Source: Cyanophyceae cyanobacterium (GTDB lineage Bacteria; Cyanobacteriota; Cyanobacteriia; Cyanobacteriales; JBHJGN01). Taken from it: a stretch of DNA of 64,000 bases. Made by a program: the position numbers and the translations under genes. The notes below the pieces were generated by a model. That model worked only from the letters and a program-made list of their open reading frames with translations. It had not been told where the DNA came from and searched no databases. This document shows positions 49,128 to 59,820 of the stretch, in pieces (position 1 is the stretch's first letter; each line of letters opens with the position of its first letter). The stretch spans positions 1 to 64,000 of the forward strand of contig JBHJGN010000057.1 in NCBI GenBank assembly GCA_050331735.1, in the 5' to 3' direction.

Positions 49128-50867
49128 TCAGGAATTCAAGCCGTTTTCCGTTGGTTTTAGGTAGCTCTGCGATCGCTCAGTCTGTTCGATCAAATTTACC
49201 TGGTCTACCGTAAATCCTACCTGAGTTGCTAGCTGACTAAACAGATCAATTTCTGCCTTTTGCCAATTGCGAGGCTCTGAACAGTGGTGCGCCATCATTA
49301 ACCCCAGAAGCTGATTGTTTTTAAGAATCGGAGCAACCAACTGGGCTTTAACGGCAAACTGCTCTACGGTTCTGATATAGCATTCGCTCAAGCCTGGTTC
49401 CTGATAAATATCATCGATGGCTCGGACTCGCCCGTTTTTATACATCTCCACTAAACCGTTGCCTAAGCAGGGGTCGTCAATTTTAACTTTGAGCGTTTGC
49501 GGCCATCCAGAAGCAACCGATTCCGCAACGACCACTCCTTCCCAATTAGTCGGATCGAGTCCATAAATCAGCACTCGGTCGGTATTAAGCGCACGACGGA
49601 CCTCTTTAACAGCGACCTTGAGCAGCTCCTCCATGTGTTGAACTCGACGCAGGCGGAGAATAATTTCCGTAACGAGCTGGACTCGCTCAGCTTCCTCTTC
49701 TTGCTGTTCGAGGAAACTGACTTCTTCTATCGAAAAACCGATTTGGGTGGCTAGCTCAGAAAAGAGCTCGATCTCTGCCTTCTGCCAATTGCGGGGTTCT
49801 GAACAATGATGAGCAATCAGTAAGCCCAGCAGCTGTTTGTTTTTCATCACCGGAGCAATAATTTCTGCTTTGACGGCAAACTGTTCTAGCATTCTAATGT
49901 AGCAATCTCCTAACCCCGGTTCCTGATAGACGTTTTCAATGACGCGCACCCGACCGTGTTTGTACATCTCAACATGAGAATCTCGAAAACAGGGATCGTC
50001 AATTCTAACCCGCAACGTTTTTGGCCATTCAGGCGCCACCGATTCCGCAACAACGAGTCCTTCCCAGTTAGTCGAATCTAAACCATAAATCAATACTCGG
50101 TCTGTTTTTAAAGCGCGACGCACTTCTTTAACTGCGACTCTAAGCAGTTCCTCGAGATACTGTGTTCGCCGGAGGCGAAGGCTGATTTCTTGAACTATCT
50201 GTGCTAATTCGGCCGCTTCTTCCTGCTGCTCTAGTAATTTATCTGGCTCTGAACTGGTGTCAGCATAAGTCAGTAGCTTAGTCGAAAATGATTCAGGAGC
50301 TTCCTTGGGCAGAGTGGGGGCAGCAGCCATCGGTTCGCTCGCAGCCATTTGGGAATCGGGGGGAAACTCCTCTAGCTGAGCCGACAGCTCGCTAAATACA
50401 TCTGGATCTTCGTCTACATGCTTATCTTTATCCGGCTCGGATTTAACTTGCCGAATGCCCCGATAGGCGAGGAAAGTTGCCACCAGTCCAACAAGCAGCA
50501 AAGCGGCTACAACGGTCAGCACTCCCCAGAGAACAATCGGAGGTTGAATGAGATTTTCAGACTCAGCAGTAATTTCTGAGGATTCGGTTTGAGATTGTGC
50601 CAGCAGTGGTTCGTTGGTAAGCTGGGCGCTCGTTGGTCTAGCGAGAACCGACATGAAACTAGCCGCAAGCACCACTAGGGCTGTAGCAGTACGCCCGCTA
50701 CGCCGACGACGAAATTGACCCCTGTCAACGTGGCGGCAATGATCACCACACTCCTGTCTACTTTGGGAGCTAGCATTCAACCAAGAGTCTACTGTCTGCG
50801 GTGCTGAATTGTTGAGTTCCTGCTGGCCAGAAAAGAGCTGCCCAAGAGAAGTTAAAACCTGAAACAT
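49128..50867 (-). CDS. Membrane-anchored protein with two cyanobacteriochrome-type GAF domains
   Basis: Tandem GAFs with DRVLIY, IDDPCF/IDDPCL, CYIR, LLGLLIAHHC..PRNW; two N-terminal hydrophobic segments; no output domain. Confidence 0.85.
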   Translation of the reverse strand: MFQVLTSLGQLFSGQQELNNSAPQTVDSWLNASSQSRQECGDHCRHVDRGQFRRRRSGRTATALVVLAASFMSVLARPTSAQLTNEPLLAQSQTESSEITAESENLIQPPIVLWGVLTVVAALLLVGLVATFLAYRGIRQVKSEPDKDKHVDEDPDVFSELSAQLEEFPPDSQMAASEPMAAAPTLPKEAPESFSTKLLTYADTSSEPDKLLEQQEEAAELAQIVQEISLRLRRTQYLEELLRVAVKEVRRALKTDRVLIYGLDSTNWEGLVVAESVAPEWPKTLRVRIDDPCFRDSHVEMYKHGRVRVIENVYQEPGLGDCYIRMLEQFAVKAEIIAPVMKNKQLLGLLIAHHCSEPRNWQKAEIELFSELATQIGFSIEEVSFLEQQEEEAERVQLVTEIILRLRRVQHMEELLKVAVKEVRRALNTDRVLIYGLDPTNWEGVVVAESVASGWPQTLKVKIDDPCLGNGLVEMYKNGRVRAIDDIYQEPGLSECYIRTVEQFAVKAQLVAPILKNNQLLGLMMAHHCSEPRNWQKAEIDLFSQLATQVGFTVDQVNLIEQTERSQSYLKPTENGLNS

Positions 50868-51159
50868 GTTTTGCTTAGTTACCGATTATCTTAGAATGCA
50901 TGTTAAAACTACTTAACACAGGTATTTTAAAAGTAAAATCTCGGATTTTAGTGAACTAATCTGGCTACTGGCTTCCACAACACAGATGTTTTTGCTGACC
51001 GTACTCGGCTAAGCTTGATAGTCTGAGTCCTTAGAAAAGAGCATCTTGATAAATAAGCACTTTTCCTCTCTTCACCCCAGCAGAAACCAAGAGGACCAAT
51101 AATTGCTACTTCAGCTATCGTTAATCTTCCCTGTCATCTTCCTAGCGACTAACCAGCGC

Positions 51160-51498
51160 TTAACCACCACTGATTTTGGCTTGATATCCGAGCTTCGCCA
51201 GGAGTGGCAGCAATTTTTGGGCGTGATCTCCCTGGACCTCGAGAAGATTTTCTTTAATTGTACCGCCGCTGCCGCACTGAATCTTGATCTGCTTGAGTAA
51301 ATTAGCGAGGGTTTCTGAGGGACATTGAAAACCAGAAATGATGGTGACTGTTTTGCCTTTACGCCCTTTTTTAGAAGTTTGGATACGCAAATGTTGCTGC
51401 TGGGGAGGAAGCTCCCGAACAGCTCTCGCTACGGCAGATGAATGTGTCTTGCCAAACTCTTGGTAGACAACTCGCTTTTGACGGTACTGGGAAGACAT
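51160..51498 (-). CDS. yciH: SUI1/YciH translation initiation factor homologue
   Basis: KGRKGKTVTII, CGSGGT, EVQGDH. Confidence 0.9.
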   Translation of the reverse strand: MSSQYRQKRVVYQEFGKTHSSAVARAVRELPPQQQHLRIQTSKKGRKGKTVTIISGFQCPSETLANLLKQIKIQCGSGGTIKENLLEVQGDHAQKLLPLLAKLGYQAKISGG

Positions 51499-51770
51499 GA
51501 TGGGAACTCAACCTACGATTCTTCTCTATACTAAAAGACAATTCTTGAGATTTCCGTCCAAATTGAGCAAGATCGCCAAGATTTGCCAAGGAACTTTATT
51601 CAGCAGCTATCACGAGCTAGCGAGCTTCTCATCGACTAAAAACTAACGTTGACTGTTTTGGGATTGACCGTCTGATACGGTCGGTCTACTATCAAGCTAC
51701 TAGGATGCTGAGTCTTGAGGGAGAACAGCATTAATAGAACGTGCTTCAAGAACGCTACGGACAAAATAGT

Positions 51771-52391
51771 ATGGAAAATTTCAAAATCTGCGATCGCGAC
51801 TTAGACGAGGCGATTCTCTCTCGCTATTTGGCAGCGGAGGCCGTGGCGGTAGATACTGAAACGATGGGGCTAGTTCTCGGGCGCGATCGCCTCTGTTTAG
51901 TGCAGCTATGCGATTCAGAAGGCTACGTGACGGCACTACGCGTTGCCAAAGGACAAACAGCAGCTCCTCTTCTCAAACATTTGCTAGAAGCCGATGTCAC
52001 GAAGGTCTTTCATTTTGCGCGTTTCGATGTTGCTCAGCTTCAATACAGCTTGGGGATCAACACGCAGCCGATTTTCTGTACTAAAATTGCTAGTAAGCTC
52101 GCCCGCACCTATACTTCCAGCCACGGATTAAAGGCACTGGTTCAGGAGCTGGAGGGAGTAGAGCTTGATAAAAGTGCTCAAAGTTCCGACTGGGGCAATG
52201 TTGCCAGCCTCTCCACTAAGCAGCTTAGCTATGCGGCTAATGATGTGCGCTACCTGCTCAGCATTCGGGAGAAGTTAACAAAGATGCTGAAGCGAGAGGA
52301 ACGCTGGGAACTAGCGCATCAGTGTTTTCAGTGTATTCCCGTTCTGGTGGCTCTCGACGCCCAGCAATATCACAACGTCTTTGAACACTAG
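51771..52391 (+). CDS. rnd: Ribonuclease D-like 3'-5' exonuclease
   Basis: AVDTETMG, RLCLVQL, FHFARFD, SSDWG, YAANDV; start ATG 51771. Confidence 0.88.
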   Translation: MENFKICDRDLDEAILSRYLAAEAVAVDTETMGLVLGRDRLCLVQLCDSEGYVTALRVAKGQTAAPLLKHLLEADVTKVFHFARFDVAQLQYSLGINTQPIFCTKIASKLARTYTSSHGLKALVQELEGVELDKSAQSSDWGNVASLSTKQLSYAANDVRYLLSIREKLTKMLKREERWELAHQCFQCIPVLVALDAQQYHNVFEH

Positions 52392-52448
52392 CAAAAATAC
52401 CGATTTGGAAGCGCAGATGCCAGTCAATCTCAGCTCCTCGCTCTTGAC

Positions 52449-52919
52449 CTAGCTAAGTTCCGGTGAAGCGAGCAAAGCGCGTCGCCGGTCTAACCACTGC
52501 TGAAGAATAATGGCGGCTGCTTGACGGTCAATGAGACCCTTGTTGTACGACGACAAGCGCTTTTGGGCTTTGAGCTGTTCTCGAGCTTCTACAGAGGTCA
52601 ATCTTTCATCTACGTATTCAATTGGAAGCTGAAGGGCTGTTGCCACTCGGTTCGCCCACTTTTGCACCTGTCGCGCCTGAAAACCAAGGTTTCCATTCAT
52701 CGAATAGGGAAGTCCGACTACCAGAATTTGTGCTTCTCGTTCTTGTACCAGCTCCCTTAGCTGAGCTAAATCCCGCTCGAAGCAAGACCGCTCAATGGTT
52801 GTCAGTCCGGTCGCAATCAGTCCGGTTCCGTCACATCCGGCTACTCCAACGCGCTTTTTGCCCACGTCTAAGCCGAGGGCAGATACTTTGAGGAGCTTTC
52901 GCCGAGAACTTTGTTGCAC
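52449..52919 (-). CDS. ruvX: YqgF/RuvX family RNase H-like protein
   Basis: LGLDVGKKRVGVA, VVGLP, DERLTS, IDRQAAAIILQ. Confidence 0.93.
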   Translation of the reverse strand: MQQSSRRKLLKVSALGLDVGKKRVGVAGCDGTGLIATGLTTIERSCFERDLAQLRELVQEREAQILVVGLPYSMNGNLGFQARQVQKWANRVATALQLPIEYVDERLTSVEAREQLKAQKRLSSYNKGLIDRQAAAIILQQWLDRRRALLASPELS

Positions 52920-52993
52920 AACAGCGCCAGAAATACGTTGACTAACTTAATCGTCACTATCCCAGAGGAGGAGTTTAGGTTTACTGCGGCCCA

Positions 52994-54217
52994 TCATTTC
53001 GAGCCATTTTCCGGCCCTTCTGCTCGCTCTTGAGCTAAAGATTCGTCTTGAGACAGCGAATCGGTCAGATTCTGAGAGCGAGCAGAAGGCCAAAACTTCA
53101 GGGCAGATATTCGCGTCGGGATCGGAGTCCGAACGGGTTGAAGTCCCTGTAAAACCTCGGTCCACTGAAGTTTTTCGAGGGGCTTCGACTCTCGCAGTTT
53201 ATGCCATACCGACCTTGACATTAGTAACGTATGGTCGACACGAATCGCCCCCAGGTTTTCAAGATATTCTTCGCGTTCCGGCTGATAATCAGCCGACGCT
53301 AACTCCAACGACTGAGGCGGGAGGTTTTGAATCGTCTGCGCCATCTGAGCCAGTAATTTAGGGTAGAGCCACGTATATGCTGGATGAACCGTTAGCTGGG
53401 CGCGATGAGGTTCAGAAGCGTCTCGACAGAGCTCGAGCTTGAAGGTGCCGATCGCGGCTTTCCGCTGTGGTTCAAATACGTAGTAACTAACAACGGGTGT
53501 TTGTCCGAGCCACTGTCTGAGCTTCGTGAGCGAGGCACTCAAAAAATTGGTTTTGAAGTCTTGGGTATGACGGTCGAATACCTGACGCAGCAGCGGCGGC
53601 ATAGAGACTGTGTCGAGCTGGTACAGCAAAGGCGCGTCCGCATTACTGACTGGTAGAAGATTGGGCAAATCCGGATCTTGTTGAGCAAGCTGTTCTAGCA
53701 AGTTGGGAGTCAGCGACCAATAGGTCATCTGTGCCAGAGGCTGAAAGCCATTTTGCCGATACAGGGCTAGCGTTTTTTTATGATTGATGTTGACTTCTAG
53801 AATCCAGGTTCTGGCTTCCCAAATTGTCTCAAAACAGTAGCGTAATAGCTGAGAACCAACGCCTTTAGACCTTGACACTAATTCTGGTTCGGTATCGGTA
53901 TCGGTAGCTAACACCCAATCTACCCGCCAGGTACTGCGGGTTTGGTTGAATGGAGAAACCTGAATGAGACCTTGAAGCTGCTGTTCTGCTTGGGCCACAT
54001 AAATGCGAAAGTGGCGCAGCAGAGGATTGGGAAATAACTTGAAAAACTTCAGCACCCCATACCAATTCCTAAATTGCTGTAGCTCTCTGCTTAAGGTAAC
54101 CGAACAGCTATGCTGATTGTTCTGCAAACCAGCCGCTAGAGATTCTATGGCCTCTAGATCGCGATATTGTACTGAACGAATGACAATATTTGAGTTCTCA
54201 GTCGGAGATGAAGCCAT
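52994..54217 (-). CDS. GNAT family N-acetyltransferase
   Basis: GVGSQLLR, ALYRQNGFQPL; likely start ATG 54217. Confidence 0.85.
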   Translation of the reverse strand: MASSPTENSNIVIRSVQYRDLEAIESLAAGLQNNQHSCSVTLSRELQQFRNWYGVLKFFKLFPNPLLRHFRIYVAQAEQQLQGLIQVSPFNQTRSTWRVDWVLATDTDTEPELVSRSKGVGSQLLRYCFETIWEARTWILEVNINHKKTLALYRQNGFQPLAQMTYWSLTPNLLEQLAQQDPDLPNLLPVSNADAPLLYQLDTVSMPPLLRQVFDRHTQDFKTNFLSASLTKLRQWLGQTPVVSYYVFEPQRKAAIGTFKLELCRDASEPHRAQLTVHPAYTWLYPKLLAQMAQTIQNLPPQSLELASADYQPEREEYLENLGAIRVDHTLLMSRSVWHKLRESKPLEKLQWTEVLQGLQPVRTPIPTRISALKFWPSARSQNLTDSLSQDESLAQERAEGPENGSK

Positions 54218-54658
54218 AAGCAAAGTATAAAGGGGGCGGCGGTCAGCACAGGTCGAGTCGGCAACCAATGCCGACTATTGCTATTTTAACGATTTTCTCA
54301 ACATTAGTGGCGATCGCCACTAATCCTAGCGGAAAACGCTCCGAGTGGAGGTTGAGTTGATTGCTACTGTCTGTTCAGCGCTGCCTCGTGTCTTCATTTA
54401 GGCACTAAGCTTTAGCCATGAACTAGGCATGCTCAGAGTTGTAGCATGCTGTTTACTCCTCCACGCCTTGGTTTAACCTGGTATCGCTCAGCAAATTCCG
54501 GCTAATACTTTAGTCAATTTTCTGATTAAGCCTTTATAATTTTGAATTGCTGACTGTGTAGGATTGTCTGAACTGAGAGGAAGTATTCTCTAATTCTGTC
54601 GCTCCTGTGCGCTCTGACTTCAGTTCCCGGAGAAAATTCTGCTTTTATTCATCCAATC

Positions 54659-54676
54659 ATTATAAAGTTTTGTAAA
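54659..54676 (-). promoter_or_regulatory. HLR1-like (RpaB) direct repeat upstream of cruF
   Basis: Minus strand reads TTTACAAA-AC-TTTATAAT, adjacent to a -10-like TAATAT at 54684-54689. Confidence 0.45.
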
Positions 54677-54842
54677 CTACGTTTAATATTGTTCTGAGTG
54701 ACTCCTGCCGCTTCGGGACGGCTTTTCTACCGACAGGCGATGAAGCCGCTACCGAGGAACATCTGGGAGTTTGAGGATTCACGGTGATTGTTACCCTGTC
54801 TCAATTTAGTAGACTAATCTTGGTTAGGAGGTTCTAATTTTA

Positions 54843-55751
54843 ATGAAACAACTCGTTACTGTCGAGCGCTCTTTTTTAATCGGTCATCTCTTGTCAATGG
54901 TTTTTGGCTTGGCAGGACTACTATTGGTTTTGCCAAATCCAGAGTTTATTGCTGATCTACCAGATTTTGGGAAAACCGCCTTTAGTTGGTCCATGGCAGG
55001 AGGCGGAGTTGTCTACATGATCTTTGGCGCAGTCGCTGTCGCCATTTATGCCTATCGAGCGTTGGGAGTCTGGCATTGGCTCACGTTTATGCTTCCTGCT
55101 CTGGTTTTGTCTCTCGGTAGCGAGCTGCTGGGGACGAGTACCGGGTTTCCTTTTGGTCACTATCGCTATTTAAGCGGGCTAGGCTACAAAATTGCCGGAC
55201 TAGTCCCGTTTACGATTCCTCTCTCTTGGTTTTATGTTGGCTTGAGTGCCTACATCATTGCCCGCGTTGGTTTAGAGCATCGTCCAGGGTGGCTAAGAGC
55301 GTCAGGAGCCATTGGTATCGGGGCACTACTGTTGACCTCTTGGGATTTTGTTCTCGATCCGGCAATGAGTCAAACGGCTGTTCCTTTTTGGATTTGGGAG
55401 CAGCCTGGAGCCTTTTTTGGGATGCCCTATCAGAACTTCGCTGGCTGGCTGGGAACGGGAGCTTTATTTATGGGGGTTGCAGCTCTGCTGTGGCAGGTGA
55501 AGCCAATCGCCATTCCGAGAGCTGAACTGAAATTGCCGTTGACTATCTACCTCAGTAACTTTGCTTTTGCTGCCGTCATGAGTCTGGCGGGTGGTTTTTA
55601 CGTTCCAGTAATTTTAGGAACTCTCATCGGGGTACTGCCAATATTAGTTTTGTATTGGCTGTCTGCCGATATCTCTGCTAAATTTGGCCCAGAGCTCACC
55701 CAGAGGCAATCTGTGACCCCGATGGCTTCTTTAGGCCTGGGACGTAAGTAG
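54843..55751 (+). CDS. cruF: Gamma-carotene 1'-hydroxylase
   Basis: ELLGTSTGFPFGHY, WDFVLDPAM, GMPYQNFAGW; paired with a GT2 gene. Confidence 0.9.
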   Translation: MKQLVTVERSFLIGHLLSMVFGLAGLLLVLPNPEFIADLPDFGKTAFSWSMAGGGVVYMIFGAVAVAIYAYRALGVWHWLTFMLPALVLSLGSELLGTSTGFPFGHYRYLSGLGYKIAGLVPFTIPLSWFYVGLSAYIIARVGLEHRPGWLRASGAIGIGALLLTSWDFVLDPAMSQTAVPFWIWEQPGAFFGMPYQNFAGWLGTGALFMGVAALLWQVKPIAIPRAELKLPLTIYLSNFAFAAVMSLAGGFYVPVILGTLIGVLPILVLYWLSADISAKFGPELTQRQSVTPMASLGLGRK

Positions 55752-55756
55752 AGCAG

Positions 55757-56956
55757 ATGGCAACCAGTGAAAGTATTGGCGCTATCTCCCTGGGACTGCT
55801 GTTGTTTCAGGGAGTAGCCTTCTTGATTCTGCTGTCGCGGCTTCTCAAAGGTCCGAGTCGTCTTCGTCCTCTGGAGCCGCAGTCTCCTGTCCCTCAACAG
55901 TTAGGGCTTGTCAGTATTGTGGTGCCGACGCTCAACGAAGTCGAGCGGATTGGTCCTTGTTTAGCGGGCCTAAGTCATCAAAGCTACGAGGTCCGAGAAA
56001 TTATCGTGGTGGATAGTTGTTCCCAAGATGGCACGAGGAACAAAGTGCGAGAGGCTCAATGCCGAGATCCTCGCTTTCGATTAATCACTGACGATCCGCT
56101 GCCGTCTGGCTGGGTTGGTCGTCCTTGGGCTTTGCACACTGGTTTTATGAAGTCTTCGCCTAAAAGCCAGTGGATTCTGAATATTGATGCCGATACTCAG
56201 CCCCAGCCCGGATTAGTTTCCAGTTTAGTCACCGCCGCTGATACCTACGGCTACGATCTGGTGTCGCTAGCTCCTCAATTTATTCTGAAGTCTCCTGGAG
56301 AATGGTGGCTACAGCCATCCCTGCTCATGACTTTGATTTATCGCTTCGAGCCAGCCGGGTTGTCGGCACCGCCAGAAAGAGTGATGGCAAATGGACAGTG
56401 TTTTTTGTGTCGCCGCTCAGTTTTAGACAAGCTAGGAGGCTATATGCTTGCCGCCCGCTCTTTTTGCGACGATGTTACCTTAGCTCGTTCTGCGGCAGCT
56501 CAAGGCTTCCGCGTTGGCTTTCTCGATGGAGCTAAAGTTGTTCGAGTCCGTATGTACGAAGGAGCGGCTGAAACCTGGCGGGAATGGGGCAGATCCCTCG
56601 ATCTTAAAGATGCTGCTTCACCGGGGCAGCTGGGGTTAGAGCTATGGCTGCTGCTGAGCGTTCAGGGACTTCCTCTGGTGCTGTCGCTGCTGGGAGCCTG
56701 GTTGCTGCCTCACTATTTCTCCCGGTTTTTGCTAGCGGCGTTCGGGCTGAATCTATTATTGCTGGTCATTCGCTTTGCGATGCTGTGGGCGATCGCCCCC
56801 TCTTATGCTCGCTCCCAACCGACTCTGGCTGCTTGGTTGTTTTGGCTGTCTCCTTTCTCCGACCCCCTTGCCGTTCTGCGCATTTTTCTGTCAGCAAGTC
56901 AAACGCCAAAACAGTGGCGCGGTCGAGTTTACGACACTGATGGCACAACAGTCTAA
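55757..56956 (+). CDS. cruG: Carotenoid 2'-O-glycosyltransferase
   Basis: GT2 fold (VPTLNE, DAD, ANGQC, CDDV), WGRSLDLKD; directly follows cruF. Confidence 0.88.
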   Translation: MATSESIGAISLGLLLFQGVAFLILLSRLLKGPSRLRPLEPQSPVPQQLGLVSIVVPTLNEVERIGPCLAGLSHQSYEVREIIVVDSCSQDGTRNKVREAQCRDPRFRLITDDPLPSGWVGRPWALHTGFMKSSPKSQWILNIDADTQPQPGLVSSLVTAADTYGYDLVSLAPQFILKSPGEWWLQPSLLMTLIYRFEPAGLSAPPERVMANGQCFLCRRSVLDKLGGYMLAARSFCDDVTLARSAAAQGFRVGFLDGAKVVRVRMYEGAAETWREWGRSLDLKDAASPGQLGLELWLLLSVQGLPLVLSLLGAWLLPHYFSRFLLAAFGLNLLLLVIRFAMLWAIAPSYARSQPTLAAWLFWLSPFSDPLAVLRIFLSASQTPKQWRGRVYDTDGTTV

Positions 56957-57008
56957 CTCGAGCAAACCAGGTTTGCTCAATCTTCAACAGAGCTGTTCTG
57001 CTATCCGC

Positions 57009-57281
57009 TTAATCTACCCGCTCTAGCTGCCATAAAATTTGATTGCCTTCTCGCCGGACGCGCGATACCACCCAATTTCTCCACGACCAGTGATCCCCAC
57101 GACTTGTAACAGCGCTCGCGTTAATATCCATCAAATCCGCTAGTTCAGAACTGCTGATCAGGTAGCCTTGATTTGCTACCTCGTCAGCAATGCGCAGCGT
57201 TAAGATGAGATTGTTTAACTGGGCTACCCTGACTTCCCGTGGTAGCTGCTGTTCTTCTGGTGGTACGGGGGACTCGTTCAT
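57009..57281 (-). CDS. Conserved small hypothetical protein
   Basis: SSELADLMDINASAVTSRG..WSWRNWVVSRVRREGNQILWQ; possible winged-helix-like fold; start ATG 57281. Confidence 0.75.
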   Translation of the reverse strand: MNESPVPPEEQQLPREVRVAQLNNLILTLRIADEVANQGYLISSSELADLMDINASAVTSRGDHWSWRNWVVSRVRREGNQILWQLERVD

Positions 57282-57756
57282 AATTTGACTCTTCAATTTA
57301 AAGAGATTGATCTTTTTGGATGTCGTTGTCTGCTCAGACTCAGCTCATTATCTTGTTACCGTTGTATCAGGAACTGCTAACTTCAATCTGGCGTTGAGTA
57401 AGAGCTAGGAGAGCAAACCAGCGACGGTTGTTTGTTGGATTACCAGAGACCGACCATAAATCATGGTGATGCTGAGAAAATAGGGAAGACTTTGGACCCC
57501 CTTTTCCTCTGCTGAGACTGTAACGCTAGACCCATTCTGCTTTTAATTCAACTACAATTAAAAGAGAGAAGCGTCAATTTACAGCAATAAAGCAGTTTTC
57601 TGATGAATTTTCGGCTTTTTTGACCACTAGGACGGTAGCCTAATTCCTTTTATAGCACATTCCCCCCTAGCAACAAGATAATTAGGTAATCAATAGACCT
57701 GAATCAGACGCAAATAGGCTGACCGTTTGTTCGGCCTTGTTCAGCTTTGACTTGAT

Positions 57757-59658
57757 ATGTCCTATGAACCCCTTCATCACAAATATCGACCCCGAACTTT
57801 TGCGGAGCTCGTGGGTCAAGAAGCAATTGCTACAGCGCTGACGAACGCGATTTCCAGCGGCAGAATCGTTCCAGCTTACTTATTGACGGGTCCGAGGGGA
57901 ACGGGAAAAACTTCTTCTGCCCGCATTTTAGCGAAATCTCTTAACTGTCTCACCAGCGAACGGCCAACTTCAACTCCTTGTGGTCAATGCGAAGTTTGCC
58001 GAGCGATCGCGCGCGGTACAGCTCTAGACGTGATTGAAATTGATGCGGCCAGCAATACTGGAGTCGATCATATTCGCGAACTTATCGAGCGGGCTCAGTT
58101 TGCTCCGGTACAGTGCCGCTACAAAGTCTACGTCATCGACGAATGCCACATGCTCAGTACAGCCGCGTTCAATGCGCTGCTCAAAACTTTGGAAGAACCG
58201 CCGCCGCGGGTGGTGTTTGTGCTAGCTACAACCGATCCGCAGCGAGTTTTGCCTACAATCATCTCTCGCTGCCAACGATTTGACTACCGGCGCATTCCCA
58301 CAGACGCTATGGTAATTCATCTGCGGAAGATTGCCCAGGCCGAAAACATCAACATCAGCGATGAAGCCCTCTTTCTCGTCGCTCAAGTAGCCAACGGCGG
58401 CTTAAGAGATGCTCAAAGTTTGCTCGAGCAGCTCAGCTTGCTCTCAGGACTGGTGACCCCAGAAAGAATCTGGGATTTGGTGGGGTTTGTTCCCGAACAG
58501 GATTTGCTGGCGCTGCTAGCGGCGATCGCTCAACAAGACCCAGAAGGAATTTTAGCCCGATGCCGCAGTATTCTCAATCGCGGACGAGAACCGCTCGTCG
58601 TGCTGCAAAACCTAGCTAACTTCTACCTCAACCTCCTGATTGCTAAAACAGCGCCTGGGCAAACGGAGCTCGTCACCGTCACTGAATCGACTTGGCAGCA
58701 GTTGTGCGCTCAGGCTGCTCTCTGGGAGTTTGAAGCCATTTTGCGCGGGCAACGGGTGCTCAAAGAAAGCGAAGCACAGCTTAAAAGCACGTCCCAGCCC
58801 CGCCTGTGGCTGGAAATCACCCTTTTGGAGCTATTATCTCCCTCAGTCATCTTGAGCGAGCCAAGTAGCTCCCCGTTGCTAGCGTCGACTCCTCCACCGG
58901 AACCCGACCAACCGCAAGCTGACGTCCCGCCCGAGCCTCAGCTAGCGCCTGTCACCCAGCCCTCTCCCTACTGCTCATCGCCACCCACCGCCGTTGCGAC
59001 TTCTGAATTAAAATCGCTCTGGCAGCAGATGCTCGAACAGCTACATCCTCCCACGACTCAGGCACTGCTCAGTCAGCACTGCTATCTGCTCGAATTTGAA
59101 GGTGTTGTCGCTGTCATTGGAGCCAAGAACAAAGCGTTGCTCGGCATTGCTCAAAGTAAATTGACCAATATCGAAGCGGCTTTTGCAGCGGTTTGCCAGC
59201 ACCCGATAACCGTCAAGCTGCGGGTCGCCGCTACATCAGAGGTTAGCTGGCAACCTAGTCAATCTCCAGCCGGAGACCCTCCCACTTCTGAGGTTAAGGG
59301 AGAGGCTCGCCTCCCCCAGAGCCAATTTAACGCAACGATCCAGGCAAGCTCGTCAACGCCATCTGCTCCCCCGCTATCCTCGATGATTGAATCACCAACG
59401 CAGACTGCTGCGGAGGCGCCAGCAGCAGTAGCAGAAAGCGCAGACGAAGCCGATATCGATGAGGTCCGGCGAGCGGCTGAAAGTCTGGCTCAGTGTTTTG
59501 ATGGCGAACTTGTCTCCCCAGATGAGCGAGCGTATTCCCAGCCCTCTCCCCTAGAAGCGGCTCAACGGAACCAGGGGACTGAGCGATCGCCTGCTCAGTC
59601 CCCTCTTATTTCGGGACGACCAGAGATCGCTGACTTAGACGATGACATTCCATTTTAA
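57757..59658 (+). CDS. dnaX: DNA polymerase III subunit gamma/tau
   Basis: KYRP, GPRGTGKT, Zn Cys cluster, IDECHML, SRCQRF; Pro/Ser-rich tail ending DDDIPF. Confidence 0.96.
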   Translation: MSYEPLHHKYRPRTFAELVGQEAIATALTNAISSGRIVPAYLLTGPRGTGKTSSARILAKSLNCLTSERPTSTPCGQCEVCRAIARGTALDVIEIDAASNTGVDHIRELIERAQFAPVQCRYKVYVIDECHMLSTAAFNALLKTLEEPPPRVVFVLATTDPQRVLPTIISRCQRFDYRRIPTDAMVIHLRKIAQAENINISDEALFLVAQVANGGLRDAQSLLEQLSLLSGLVTPERIWDLVGFVPEQDLLALLAAIAQQDPEGILARCRSILNRGREPLVVLQNLANFYLNLLIAKTAPGQTELVTVTESTWQQLCAQAALWEFEAILRGQRVLKESEAQLKSTSQPRLWLEITLLELLSPSVILSEPSSSPLLASTPPPEPDQPQADVPPEPQLAPVTQPSPYCSSPPTAVATSELKSLWQQMLEQLHPPTTQALLSQHCYLLEFEGVVAVIGAKNKALLGIAQSKLTNIEAAFAAVCQHPITVKLRVAATSEVSWQPSQSPAGDPPTSEVKGEARLPQSQFNATIQASSSTPSAPPLSSMIESPTQTAAEAPAAVAESADEADIDEVRRAAESLAQCFDGELVSPDERAYSQPSPLEAAQRNQGTERSPAQSPLISGRPEIADLDDDIPF

Positions 59659-59820
59659 TGAGGCTGCCTTCGCCCCGAACCCAACTTCTGCCATCATACC
59701 TAGCGATTGCTCTCTCAAATGACTTGGCTACGCTCCGGCAAAACGAGGGGAAAGCGGGTCAAAGCAAACAAGAGCAGGACAGCCATTCGTCCTGCTCCCC
59801 ATTATGAACTCCAGTTGAGC

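Noticed and set aside
58130..58160. Intein or programmed frameshift in dnaX
   Set aside because: The IDE/CHML site used by some cyanobacterial DnaX inteins is empty and I saw no slippery A6G or long T run
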